A stretch of DNA of 62,965 nucleotides, the filler included, from Sluysia triapertura (taxonomy: Eukaryota): the NCBI GenBank assembly GCA_046118255.1. It is 5 parts of 5 records of this genome, joined end to end, with 100 filler letters (N's around TTAATTAATTAA, not from the genome) between each part and the next. Parts side by side here need not be neighbours in the genome. Positions count along the whole stretch, not along the records: positions 21,937 to 34,392 come from JBJNIA010107426.1; positions 34,493 to 50,980 come from JBJNIA010202930.1; 3 more parts are not named here. The stretch is one strand, 5' to 3'. Below are positions 27,166 through 41,200 of this stretch, piece after piece; within the stretch, counting starts at the first letter, position 1, and each line of letters opens with the position of its first letter. Made by a program: the position numbers and the translations under genes. The notes beneath the pieces were generated by a model. That model had not been told where the DNA came from and did not search any database. It saw nothing but the letters and a program-made list of their open reading frames with translations.

Positions 27166-27825
27166 TAATATTTTCCGGACTATAAACCGCACCTTCCCAA
27201 TATTTTTCAGAAAATGTAGTTGACGTATAAGCCTCACTGGACTATAAGCCGCGCCATTAAAATACAAAAGCTAAGATGCTGGTCCCTGTATTAAATAAAT
27301 CTACTTAGAAATACTATACTGGTGACTCCGCGAAATATAATATTTCCACGAAAGCTTTTACATGACTTTTTGGTCTGTCTTAGTTCATCCTCTTGCTTTC
27401 TCCATCTTCTAATTATTGATTCATCGACATTCATTTCTGTTGTGGCTTTCCGATTACCATTTACTTTAGCCAATTCAATTAATTTTAATTTCCGCTCTGT
27501 GGTGTATGAAGATCGTTTCATGGCGAATAAAAATTGAATTAATTTATTAAAACGTAAATTCACGTAATGTATGAATAACCACAAACAAGTTATTGCATCG
27601 TAAAATAAACTCAAAGTATTATAATTAATTATTAGAAATTTAAAATATTTAAACATATATATCACACAATGACGAGGTAGTTTATTAGAATAGGACTTTG
27701 TTTTAAAAATGACATTTTTTTATTTATTAGAGTCAGGACATTTTGAGGATTTTAAACATCATCGTATAAGCCGCACCCCTTAAATTATGACCATTTGGGT
27801 GCGGCTTATATTCCGAAAAATACGG
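27166..27825 (-). mobile_element. Internally deleted pogo-superfamily element retaining the Brinker/HTH DNA-binding N-terminus
   Basis: Right TIR ggtgcggcttatattccgaaaaatacgg followed by TA; left TIR tattttccggactataaaccgcacc (27169-27193); subterminal tataagccgc repeats. ORF from ATG 27521: MKRSSYTTERKLKLIELAKVNGNRKATTEMNVDESIIRRWRKQEDEL. No DDD domain. Confidence 0.85.
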
Positions 27826-28139
27826 TAGATTAATGATTATTTTATCTTATACATTGTTCCAAGTTATACATTGCTGAATCTTTCTTAATTATTTCATTCT
27901 TATTTGTGAATTTGATTACCTGATGTTTCGTTAATATTTTGCCATGAGTATTGATTTTCCATATAGTTAAGAATTTTTTATATAAGGTTTGTTTTTACTT
28001 CTTTTATTTACATGATTTTACCATTTTCTATTACAAATGTACTTGTAAGAGGAGTTATTTTTGTGTTAGATGCAATGTTGAATATTACTGTTTAGGAAAA
28101 TGTTCTTAGCTGGGTTGATGTTTACTAAAAGTGTTTTAA

Positions 28140-28936
28140 AATTGTTTTCTTAAAGCTAAACCTACGGCAAAATAAAATTTGGGCATGGTCCGGTTACAGT
28201 TAACGCCTTACAACTAGTAGTTGGCGTTTCTGTAACTAATAAGTTCAGAATTTTACTATGATTACTTGAAAAGTGCGTTTAACACGTTTAGGTGGTCCGA
28301 AACTTAAAATATCGCAATGTGCAAAGAATAATTACTTTAATTTTATTAACTAAATATAAAAATTAAAAACCTTTAAGATATTACACAATAAAAACGGTAG
28401 AAATCAAAAACATAAAAATCCTTTTGGGATCTTTGATTTGTTTTCTTTTTCAAGTTAAGTAGGAGATTTTCCCTCAATATATCGGGATCCTTACAATAAT
28501 AATGCTAAATTTGATTTTGCCTGTATTTTATGATTTTGTACTTATATGAAAGTCAAAATCTCCTTAAAATAAAGTAATTTACCCTTGCATGGAAATTGAT
28601 TAAAAACTACGATCCGGCTGAACTGCTAAAACACTGAACGAATTGAATAATAAATTCAAAATGACGGTGCTGTATACTGACTAATAGTAAAATGGCGCTA
28701 AATTTTGTTAAACTTAATTCAAAGGGCAATTTTCATTAAACTGATTCTAGTTTATGTACTAGTCATCAGCCAATGAAAATTGATGGAATCTTCTAGAAAA
28801 TTATAGAAGCGTCTATTCTATTTATAGAAGCGAATTTTCTTTTTTGGAAAATAAACATTTTTAAAGTGTTTTTGACATTTATAAATAATTTTAAAGTATT
28901 TTAAATGATAGTGATGACAACCCAACAGCTTCATTT
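28140..28936 (-). repeat. Dispersed repeat A, copy 2 (Kunitz-like exon at 28162-28229)
   Basis: Reverse complement aligns by eye with 718-1530. Confidence 0.8.
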
Positions 28937-30024
28937 ATGTATATATGAAACTAAGAGGTGTGGGATTTGATGTGTGATTATAATGTGATTAAGATTTCTA
29001 TTTGGGATTAAATGTCTTATTCTTAACGTAAGTTCTCGATGATACTGGACTTACTCACTTGAATGGCCAGCACATAGATTCTCAGCTTTTAGGAATGAAA
29101 AGATAAGAACTGGAGGTTTGTGTTGATATTTAATTTTGATTCTACCTGTTTTTTAGATCCAGATACTTACTGCTTTCTTCAATTGAGATTTTATTATAAT
29201 TTAGAATAATATAAATTAATTTTTCCAAATATCAATAATTTTTTTCCTAAACAAATAATTTTATTTTCTCCAGATATAAATAAATTTTTAATATCATTAA
29301 ATAAATATTTTAAACTTCGAAATTATATTTGTGCTTATGTAGCAATTTAGATTCGCTATTTATAGTGTTTCTAAATATTATTTTTAGTAGTTCTATTTAT
29401 AAAATAGTAACTTTAATAATTAAAACAATTATTTAAATTAATTATTACATTTTTAATAATATATTTTTTTAAACACTATTTTAATAATTTCTTATCAATT
29501 TAATTTTTTTTAATAATATAATATTTTTTAATAAATACATTAATAATTTTAATATTTAAATTTAATATGTTAATAATTTAATACTTCAATAATTTAAAAT
29601 ATCAAAAATAGAATAAAATACACATAATATACGTTACGGAAGAATATACAAAAGTAATTGAATAATGGACTGATTTTATTTGGAATTTGATAATCATAAT
29701 TAAGTTTATTTACAGAAAATTGTATTATAATATTTTAGGTTTTAGATTTTAATATTGTGATGTTTACCAGATTGAAAATTGAGTTTAATGTTTAATTTGC
29801 TGAAAAGTAAGAGACATTTTGTTAAGTGATTGATTTTAATAAAATTTTGAGTAAGGGGTTTGATAGCTGAATAACTCATCTTAAATCACAATAACTCACA
29901 ATACGTTTTAATCAGTTTTTATGAGATTTTATGCCCTTCTACAAACGTTCTATAGTGTTTGACTTTTTTTGTTTACACATTTGTATCATTTTCAACGACA
30001 AATTTTTAGTCTATTGCGGCTTGT

Positions 30025-31190
30025 TAAATTAAATGGAGAATGTTAGAATAAGGTATTAAATATTGATTGAAGTTTATAATTGAAAACGATGTTTAAGTAT
30101 TGGAATATCGTGAAAAACAAAAGGCTTATTGAAAAGGTTGTAATTTATTGAATTTAAAAGGGCAATTACAATATAACTCTTTGTATATTAAGGATGTTAT
30201 TATGCTATGTTTTGTGTGATTATTTTGTTTGGTGTTTCTGTTGTTGTTGTTCTGTGTTAATGATGATTATGCATTGATGAATAGTGCATTTGAAATGTTG
30301 TAATTGATTCGAAGGTGTGAAGCAGGTACTTTATATATATTTGTTGATGTTGTGAAATAATATTATATGTATTTGTGGTTTATGTGTTGTAAGTTTATTA
30401 TTGTGGTTCGATTTAAGAGAATAAACTATTAAATGAATGTTATCGATTGTTAGATATTAAATGCCAAAATGTAGTGTAAGATGAAGGGTCTGGGAGTATT
30501 AGATGTTTTATTTCGAATGAGTTTAATGTTAGGTTATTGTGAGTGTCGAATTAATGTAAAGTGATAATGTTGAGTATGATTGTGATTTGGTTTGAGCAAA
30601 AAAACTATTGAATAAGTGTTATTAATTATTAGATATTAATTGTTAAAGTGTAATATAACATAAGGGGTTCGAATTATTAAATGGATTACTTTGAATGAGT
30701 TTGTTGTTGAACTATTGTGAATGTCGGATAATGTTTTTGAGAATTAGTTAATGTAATTTGATAATGTTAAATGTAAATGTGATTTAGATGTTGTGGAATT
30801 TTAATAAATTTTAGAGGTTATGAGTGTTGACCACCACAAAAATAACTAATTTTATGACGTGCTTCGCAATACTTCATCATTAAACACACTAATAAAACTC
30901 AATATTAAACACTAAATCTAATATCATTATATCCTGAGCAAAGATTTTTACTAAGTTACCAAATTAAACAAATTTTAATTAAATTAATTAACAAATGTAC
31001 TTAAATATTTTAACAAATAAATCCTTGTAAAGGGTTATATCTTCATATTTCTCATCATTTTGTTTTAATTTTAGTATTTTATATATTAAAATTACAGTTC
31101 ATCATAATGTCTCATCTTAATTCTTTAATAATGTTTAACTTATTCTGCTAACCTGAGTCTTGACCCTTTATCCTTCGCTAATCCTAACAA
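30025..31190 (-). repeat. Composite repeat: block D (30845-31190) abutting block B (30025-30860)
   Basis: Block D matches 26237-26615 in inverted orientation, with long identical runs (gtacatttgttaattaatttaattaaaatttgtttaatttg); block B matches 3600-4305. Confidence 0.8.
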
Positions 31191-31548
31191 TCCATTAACA
31201 TAATAACAATATTTTAAAAGGCTTTAAAGCCTAGAATTAATATTAAAATATTTAAAAGTACTTTAAAATACTTTAAAAATGATAAAGACATCATAAATTC
31301 ATCACTGTGTATATATAAAAGCGCTGATGCGCTTAAAATCACACAAGTTAATAAACGCATAAAATAGTGCTTTCATAAATTAGTGTTTTCAAAATTTTGC
31401 AGTTTCACGCATTTATTTTAATAAACATTAATATCTTCAAGAAACAAAATCTGTTCACGTTCAATAATTTTTAACAATAAATTTGTTGGGATATAGGCCT
31501 AAAGTGCTATGTAGTATAATGGACTATATAAATATAATATTGTTACAT

Positions 31549-31630
31549 GGGATGATAGCTCAGTGGTAGAGCATCGAAGCGCAGCGAGAGGTCCTGGGTT
31601 CGATCCCCAGTCGGTCCATTTTATGAAGTC
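31549..31630 (+). mobile_element. tRNA-derived SINE head (tRNA-Ala/Cys-like)
   Basis: gggatgatagctcagtggtagagcat...gaggtcctgggttcgatccccagtcggtcca: intact A and B boxes, shortened anticodon arm, followed by ttttatgaagt as in the copy at 373. Confidence 0.7.
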
Positions 31631-31747
31631 TAACAAATTTCTGAAAAGATTATTTGGGAAAAATGTTTCTGGAAATTCAAAATTGAAAAAAGGACATTTA
31701 ACTGAACTTATTCTTTGCTTTAGCTTGAGAATAAAAGAATGTTTCTA

Positions 31748-31799
31748 GTGAGTCCACCAACGTATTAGGCTTACCAGTTAGGGCTAGCCGTTGGGTTTT
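31748..31799. repeat. 52-bp hairpin element, copy 1
   Basis: 49/52 identical to 58333-58384, with unrelated flanks. Confidence 0.85.
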
Positions 31800-34700
31800 A
31801 ATGAAAAATGTAGCATGGAGGTTAAATTATGGTCCGATCACTTACACGACTTAATTAATTTTGTAATAAAAATCGATAAAGATAAACTTTCTTAAATTAA
31901 ATATTAAACAATAAATTTTATTTATGAATTTACAAAAAATCCTATTAAACAGGATTTATAAATTAACCTGACTTTACAAATCCGAGTAAATTTCGGAGAA
32001 ATTGTATACACAAACGTACTTTAGGATATCAAAACTATTTAATTTGCACTTAATTCGAAAAAATGAATTTATCGTAGACTAAAACAAATATTAAATTCAA
32101 AAAGAATAATTTATAAACGTATATTAAGTATAAAAAGAATAATTTACAAAAATTTTATTTTATAAGTTGTTGCTATTCACTATACATAGGAATAAAAAAT
32201 CTTGACTTAAACTATTTAATTTATTTTTTAAATGCTAGACCTTAATATGGCTAGCGCAATTAAGTTTAAATTTTAACATCCACCAACAGGATTGAATGGA
32301 TCTTTTAAAATTATATCATTATTATATTTTGTTTGACATAATAGTTGTAATTTTCAGTTTTTAGAATTTAAGTTGGTTGAAATCATTTTTCGCAACACTA
32401 GACCTTAATACTTTAAATACGTGTTGTGTTATGACTAATTTAAGATATTTATTCTGTGTTATGTGTTATAACTAAGTTACGATATTTATTCTAACTAATG
32501 ATATATTGTTATTTATTGATTTTAAATTCATTTTATATCTGTTTAAATAATTTTACAATTTTGTTTGGAATTTCATCAAAAGTACGTATAATTTTTAATT
32601 TATTATTTTTTAATTAAATTTAATATTTTACAATTTTTAATTTATTATTTTTTAATTTTTAAATTTTATTAAATAACATGATCCAACTAAATTATTATTT
32701 TAAAATATGTTATTTTAATATGTTTTGTTTTAAAACTATTAAATATTGAAGATAAAAACTGCAAAAAATCACGCTAACACGAGGCGCAGGAGCAAATTTT
32801 AGATTTTAAATCTTAGGAGGAACGATTTTAAAAAACAATTTTGATTTTAAAATTTTTCGAGTTGGATCACTTTAGCTTAATTGTGTTTTAAGGTAGGATA
32901 TTCTTTGAATATCATAGGCAAAATATACGAAAAATCATTTTGTAAATTCTGGACCTTATAAAGGTCTATGGTAAAATCATTTTTTAATTTTTAAATTATA
33001 AACAAACTAATTACATTTAGTTTATTGTAAATTTATGTCGAAGAATAAATCTCTTTCCAGAATCTGTACATTAAAAGATTCACTAAAAGATGAACAAATT
33101 TCAAATTTATCAGATATAATAATCGTGGAAAAGTTAGCTGAAGAATGTAGACAACATTTTTTATTATCATTTGATTGTGATTTGTGATTAGGATCATGTA
33201 AATTTGTCAATTCGAATTCGAAAATTCGAATTTGTCAATCAGTTTCAATTAAACCCGACTAAGGATAAACTCTTTGTTTTGATTCAATTCGAAATGAATT
33301 TGTAATTAGTTTTGAAATTATGGTCTGCTAGTGTTTTTCTTAAACTTAACGACTAACAAATTAAATTTTACTTATTAGGTTCACCTACGATTAATGTTTT
33401 ACGCTTACATGACGTCCCAGTAGGATTTTAATAATTAACTTAGCAAGGGTCTGACAATTTATGAAAGTCTTAAACTTAGAACGAAATGATGAAAAATAAA
33501 TATCTTCTTGTAATATTAAAGTTACTATTATTCTTTACAAATATTCTGAACAGTAGTTTTAAAGAACTACTTTATTTCTTCCTTAACAATTATGAATAAC
33601 TTCTCGGAATTTCACGCAAATGTGTCACATTCTTACGATGTCTTTAACTTTAAGTAGAATTCTCTTTTATTTAATATTTTAAAAGGTTTCAATTCTATTA
33701 TCTATAATCACCTACAGTTAATTTTTATCTAATTTATATCTTCAAAAGAAATCACTCAAAATTCAGTCCTTTAAAATACGAAATCGTTTTATAGTAGTTA
33801 TATGTTTGGGTTATGATGAGCGATGTCTTAAAAGACACCGTTCTGTGGAGAATATTGTGAGGGTGTTGTTGTTATAGAATATAAGATGACGTTTATGTAG
33901 GTCAAACATACATAAATATGAATTGGTAGTTATAGGCAGGAATGTTTTATTAAGAATTAAAAGACGATTAACCTTATCTACTTTAAGGATTTTAAAATAT
34001 TTTCTAACTTCACAATTGTGACAAAGTGTTTTAATTAATAAGCTAAAATTTGATTTGATCTTATATGTTTTGTTGATGAATAATTTCAATAATTTAGAAT
34101 TTAAACAATGAGTTGAAAATGCAAAATGTCTATTATAATAATCTATTAAAAATCAAAGAGTTGCGATTTATATTTTAATTTTAATATCAAGTTGATATAT
34201 CTTCTCATCTTCTGGGTCTTGTTATCTTTTCCTCGCTGCATTTCGCTGATCCAGCTACATTGTACATTAACTAAATGGAAATCATAAAAATATTTTAATT
34301 CAAAACTAACAGAATTAAATTTACTTAAAAATTCGTAAAAAATGCCTGCCAGAGTAACTGTATTCTTTGTAAATGAGAAGATGTATTGGTTTNNNNNNNN
34401 NNNNNNNNNNNNNNNNNNNNNNNNNNNNNNNNNNNNTTAATTAATTAANNNNNNNNNNNNNNNNNNNNNNNNNNNNNNNNNNNNNNNNNNNNGAAAATAA
34501 TGAAATCATTACTGATTGAAGTTTATCCAAATAAAAGACAAAATAATAAATAAAATTATAATTATGAAAATAAAAATGTTTACAATTAATTTTGTAATAA
34601 ATATGAAATTAAAATACTTAAAAAGATGTGACAATAAAATGTTTTATATATTTTAATAATTTCTAATTTTGTATTACTTGACTTTACAGGCAGAAATAAA

Positions 34701-35261
34701 TATATATACAAATATTAGTATTACTAATGCGTCTGATCAACTTTTGTAAATTTTAATTTTTGTTTAGTAGTTTTAAGTAAAATATGTTTGCATTTATAAA
34801 ATATAAATGCTACAACTTCGTGTCTAGATTATAGAAAATTAACACCATAAAGCCATCGATAAAATTTTAACATAATTTTACAAATTAAACAAATCATGTA
34901 AAATGGACTTATAACATATTATGCAAATTTAGTAATTTGAACTTTTGATACTTGCTTTTTTTCAAAATTTTAAATTCCAATTTATTTGTTTAAATAATGA
35001 TTTTGTTTTTCAATAAAAAATATATGTAATTTATTAAATAAAAATTAATAAATTCTATTTTAATACATAAACATTGAATTTTAGTATTTTTCCAAGTACT
35101 TTTATTTATTTTCATTTAATGCTTTTATGATTTATTTTTATTATTATGTAATCTAAAACTTAATTTTGCAAACTAATTGTGTTTCGTATTCTATAAAATT
35201 TATTATTAAGTTTTTCGATTCTAACAATTTATTTTTTGTAACTAGGAATTGCATAAAAAGA

Positions 35262-38200
35262 ATGAATAATAATGCCACCACATCAATTTCATATGATGAA
35301 TTATTACAAGACACTGCCAACTATAATGCTAAATTGTTGAAAAGTAAAAAATCTCACTTGCCTTTTCTTGATAGTTCAACTGGTATTGCTCAAAGACCGT
35401 GCCATTTGCATAAAAATATGTATGATAGAATCAATAGTAAAAATTATACTTTATTTAAAGCATTTTAGGTCCTCAAATGGGATATGTTTATTCTTATAAA
35501 CCTTTGCGATGGAAAAAGCAAAAAAATGGATATCCAGTTTTAGTCAAATCGTTAACAATGGGTGGTTTTGGTTTCAACGGAAATTACAATGCTAATGGTG
35601 GTGCTGCCTCTGGTGGTGTAAATTTTGATGGGGCGGATTCTTTAACTGGTCTAGATGATGAATATAGTGTTGTAAATACATGTGGTGGGAATGATTTAAG
35701 TCAATTTGGTGACGATAGTGAAGAAGAAACTGAAGTTGTTGAAACAACGCGTCGAAGAGGGGGACGACGAGGTCGAGGTGCTAATGCAGGTGGTCGAAGT
35801 GCATCTACTAGATCAAAGGGAAATATTACTTCTTTACGGCGACGTAGCTGTGCAACCATATCTGAAGACGAAGCCCAAAAAGCAGCTAGATCAAGCAATG
35901 GAAATACATTAGCACCGCCTTTATTAGTTTGTTTTATTTTTATATATACTCATTAAATTTAGACAAACGCTACACTTATTCCACCAGTCGGATTATTGCG
36001 TTCTCAACCACCAAAACTTGAATCGTCACATGCAGATGATACCCCTGGCCATAGCAGTTCTCATAGTCCCCTTACAGCTCCTCCATCTTCTGTTACAGCT
36101 ACTACTTCACATCCAATCGCTCCTCCACAACTTACAGATCAATCTGCGAATACTCCGCGTTCATCCTCGGTTTCTTCTGTCTCTGATGAATTGCACCATC
36201 ATAAACAATCTATAACTGTTACTGTTACTACACCTACACCTACACCTATACCTACAAATACAACAATTTGTGACTTCAACTGTGTTGCTACTCCGCACAA
36301 TTCTCAACAATCCAGCGATTCTGTTTCTGATCGTCAAAATTCTCATCAACCAGAACAGCTTATTCAGTGTCGAGATTGTGAAAGAAGCGCACATCCGTCT
36401 TGCCTAAGTTTTAACGAAAATATGCGTGTTTCAATTACACGATATCAATGGCAGTGTCTTGAGTGTAAAACGTGTTGGATGTGCGGTACTGCTGAAAATG
36501 ACGTTGGTTTTTATATTGATAAAACTAATTTACTTATATTTAATTTTAAATTGTATTATTTTTCACTTTAAAGAATAAGATAATCATATGCAAAAGATAT
36601 ATTTTTAAATCAGAACATTGATAATATTTTAAGCAAAATTAATTGGATAAAACGTTTTAACTAACAAATATTTTTTTAAATGAAAGTATTGATTTCAAAT
36701 TAAATCATTTTATATTTAATGAGAATAAAAGATGTATTTCGGAGACTAAGAAAATATAGGGCTTTTCAACCTAAGTGGATCGTTTTTCAATCGAAGTGGA
36801 TTACATTATCAAATTAAGGATAATTTTTTCAGGTTTTTCAATCAAATTATGAATTAAAAAATTTTGATATAAAAACCATTATATAACGTATAATTTTGTA
36901 ACAAGCAAGTATATAAAATATTTTTGATTTAAAATTATGATCTCTTGCTTCAACATTTTTCTAAATGCAGTAACAGAATGAGAGTCTGTTACATAGCTGA
37001 ATCCATGAACAAACAATTCTATAACATATGTGTGACTTAACGTATTTTATAAAAACAAAAAAGATGATCTCTTGCTTCAGATTTAGAATTATAACCCAAC
37101 ATTTTTCGAAATGCAGCATCACAGTGAAGGTCTGTTACCTTGCTAAAACATTTAAAATAAAGTTTTTAATTTCATTTTCATTTTTAGCACAAACAGAATA
37201 TTTGTTCAATAGGATTTAGGAAGGGGGAATAAGAGGAAGGTACAGCATTACTAAATTTAAGGAACTAATTGTTTCAGCTAATCCCCTTTAGTGATGTATT
37301 CTGGCATTATCAAGGATAAATATAAGATCATAAATTTCTTTTCTTTATTTCTTATCCTTTATTTCCATCAGTGCCTTTTTGAACAGTTCTCCATTCATAG
37401 CAGAGAAGTTACGACTTCTTGCGGCACTATCAGGAACATAAGGTATTTCTCTTAAAGAACGTCCACGCTTAGGCCTTGCCGTTACGTTAAATCCAACTTC
37501 ATCTAGAAAGATTAGTCTTCTATCACCAACGTCTACCTCTAAACTTCTTCCTTGCATTGCATAATTATAACGAATTTCGACCTTTAGGAACTGATACAAT
37601 GGACTTAAGGGTATAGTGGAAGTTGTCAAGGTACCTGAAGATAGTTGTGGTACTAATCTCAATATCCTGGTGAAACTCAATCTTATTTTTTAGTTCCTGG
37701 GGTGTTATCAATGGATTATCATCAACCATCATTTTCAACGTCATTTTCTGGAAAGGATCTGTAGACTGAGGCATACACAATTCTACTTACAGACTACTCT
37801 TTCATCAAGCTTTATAACTTGCTCTTTCCGTTTGGTTCATTTCTGTTGTGTGCTCTTTCTTCTGTTTCTGTTTTTATATTCGTCTTCATCTGCTCGTCTT
37901 ATAGACAGATTCGGTTTTAAAAAATTATGTTTACTGTAATATGTTTATATACAACATACGTATGTAATTCTTTGTTCCAAATTTTCTCTGTTATTCGTGG
38001 TTGTGCTAATAATGAAAATGGATTTGGCCAGGTAACAGACTTTCATTGTGATTCTGCATTCAGAAAAATGTTGAAGGCAGAGAAATCATAATTTTAAATC
38101 AAAAATATGTTATATAATGGCTTTTAGTACAAATACATTTAAAAACGAACAAAGGTAATTTTCTAAAATTGAATTTAATTCAACACTTGTTGCGTAAATG

Positions 38201-41200
38201 TCTACAAATAATAGAAATGTATTTGAATGCAGAATATTCCATTTTATGCATTGCTTTTCATGCATATTGTTGAGGATTTATTTTAATAACATTAAAATTA
38301 CAAAAACTCGAACTATATTTTTTACTATCATAAATGTGTAACTTAGGCTTAAGGTCTTTAACATTAACCAGTAAAATTAATTCAAACAAAACGATTAAAT
38401 TTAAAAGACAAAATTCTATATTAAACAATAAAATAACAGAATTAAGGCAACATACTTCTGTAAATAACTCATAAGTAAGTAGAATTGTTTTAGATTTACT
38501 GTTGCAATGAGATTTATACGAAAATTGTAATAACATTAATGTAATAAGTATTAATAAAATACGCAGATCCGAATATAGAATGTTTCATTTTACTGTGGTA
38601 GGATGTTGTTCTTTTTATCATTTATATTATATTTTATGTTGCATTTATTTGATTTAGACTATAAATAAAATTACTTTACTTTTAATAAATGTAATCAAAA
38701 ATTGAAAAATATTAAAATTATACTTTACAAACTTTACAACAAAAATTAATTAAAATTTGTTAAAATCTAGGAAGAATTGGAAATAAGAACTGAAACTATT
38801 TATTTTTATCATTTCTATATAAAAGACAGTTATGTTTATAAATTGTTTTGTCATTCTCTGAATATGCCATGACAGGGATTGATACCTTTTCTAAACAAAT
38901 ACAAGAATATAAAATCATTTAGGTCAATATAAATCAAAAAAAGATATAATTATTTTTGTCTCACTTTGTATCACTGGATCGGATCGGATTTTAGTAAGGC
39001 TATTATTATTGATATTAATAGACAAGTTTTGTATGTCTATTATTACTCCGAAGGTTGCTAAGAGAACTTTTATTCTATCATAATGAGTTCCGAAATTAAG
39101 TGGATGACTAAGGATATCTTTAAATTCTTAGAATCTGTGGCAATATTGATAATTATTGCCATATCTGGAACATTCATCAGTTAGTGTAGTTTCATATAAA
39201 CAAAGAGCCATCTTGTAGTGTTTGTTTTTGTTAGCATAATTCTGTGGGTTTATATATAAAGGTTTCCAACCATCATAGAAAAGCTTAAAACGGCCAGTTT
39301 TTGATCTTTCATTCGACACGTCTGTAAATAATGATGCTACTTTATTTGTCATGACAAATGAATCGACACCTATCTTTGTAATAACTAATTTGTGAAATAC
39401 TAGAAATATATTAATAGGAATTTCTATAACTTGATCGTCGACTGTTAAAATTAATCTATCTACGCTTTTATCTTGCTTCACAATTTTATATTTCAAAGAA
39501 CAAACATAATTTAAACTTGATAATGACTTTTCCATTATTTTTACAAATCATAGTAAAATCTTTTGAATGAGGTGGGTAAAATCGTACAGTTGAATTTCTT
39601 GTACTAATATTCTGTAAACCTTGCTTGTATACTAATCTGCAAGTATTAACATCATAATTTCTTAATATGTAATATTTTTAATTCACTTTCTGAACATTGA
39701 AAATGTCTATGTTCAATGATGGCATTACATAACAGACAATATGATAATCAGTATAAGTTAATAAAGTACTCATTAAATGAGCACTAAGATCTTGAATAGA
39801 AATTTTTAATAATGCTTATCATTGATATCAAATTTCGTTTGCATCAATTGTGTTATATCTTTTAACAAAGCAGAATAACAATTTCTTTTAGTAAATATTT
39901 CATTCCAACATTCGATAAATTCATCCTTAAATTGTTTCCCAATCGTATAACTATCACTAAATGAATGATCATAATTTATTTTATCAATCAGACAAACTTT
40001 CTCAATTTCCGGGTTTAATTGATTTAATGATTTGTTCGAACATAATTCGTCCGGTTAACGCAAAATTAAATTATTACAAATAACAATTAAAATGCGAGTA
40101 ATGAAATTAAAAAATGCAATCAAAAATGTTCGTAACACCAAATTTATGATTAAAATTATTTTTAGAAATAGCTTTGTACAATTGTTAAGCAGACAGTATA
40201 CGATTTTTGATTGGAAGTAAACGGAGCACAATGAGAACGAATGGCAACCGCAAAAACTAATCAAATCCTAGTTATGCCACTGATTACCCACTCGTGATTG
40301 GGCGTCCAATAAAAATAGAAATTGTCGCATACAAATACAGCAATAATTGGACGTCTAATCTAGCTAAAGCTAAAAATTAAATTGAAAAATTAATCAACTG
40401 TCATCAGTTGGCAGTTGATAAGATAGTGTACTTGATTTTAACTATGTCAACTGATGACATAATAAATAATTTAGGATATTTATTAATGCTGAAATAATGA
40501 TTATGGTAGCTAAAATGATAATAATAAATAATAATACAATGATAATAAAAATGGTTACAATAATAATAATAAGTATAATAAAGTAAATAAATAAAATAAA
40601 ATAATGTATTGAAATTAAATACATAAACCTTTTACTTTTATGTTACAAGATCTTTCTTTTAAATTATTCTATTATTCTAACACAATCTTATAAATCGAAT
40701 TCAAATATTTCTTAACATAAAATTTTCTTGAAATTAAATGGATAAAATTCTTTTATTTAAATGACTTTCTCCTTATAAAATAAAATTCTTTAACTTAATT
40801 CCTTTAAATAAGATCGTTTTTAGTTCTTTTCTTTCTTGATTACATACAGGCTTCATTTCTTTCCTTACATGCTTTTTTTTGAAATATTGGTTATAATTCT
40901 TATTTCCTTTGAAAGAGATTTTGTTCGGTGATTACAAAGATAAGAATTATGGAAAGAGCTGATAAGAGAATGCTTAAAGAAATGTTAAAGGAATGTTATT
41001 TTGATTGCAATGTCTAAAATGGTTTCAAAGTGTTAATTTAATGTTTTTCGGTGATATTGGAGACGAAATGTTAAAGGATTGTAAGCTTGAAATGATTTGG
41101 ATTAATATTGAAATAGATACTTGATGACTAAAAATATGATTATGGTTCTATTGTTACAAGATAATGAATAATTGTTTTAAATGAATATTTAAATATACAT

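Noticed and set aside
31549-31618. Functional tRNA gene, and the overlapping 61-aa ORF 31563-31748
   Set aside because: The anticodon arm is shortened, the acceptor stem is mismatched, and the 3' flank is shared with the SINE at 373; the ORF is incidental.
31744-31810. Hammerhead ribozyme or telomerase template in the 52-bp element
   Set aside because: No CUGANGA/GAAA core conserved in both copies, and only a single TTAGGG.
35701-36394. Overlapping and antisense ORFs in DPF exons (also 42253-42438 and 27322-27537)
   Set aside because: Shadows of GC-richer coding sequence.
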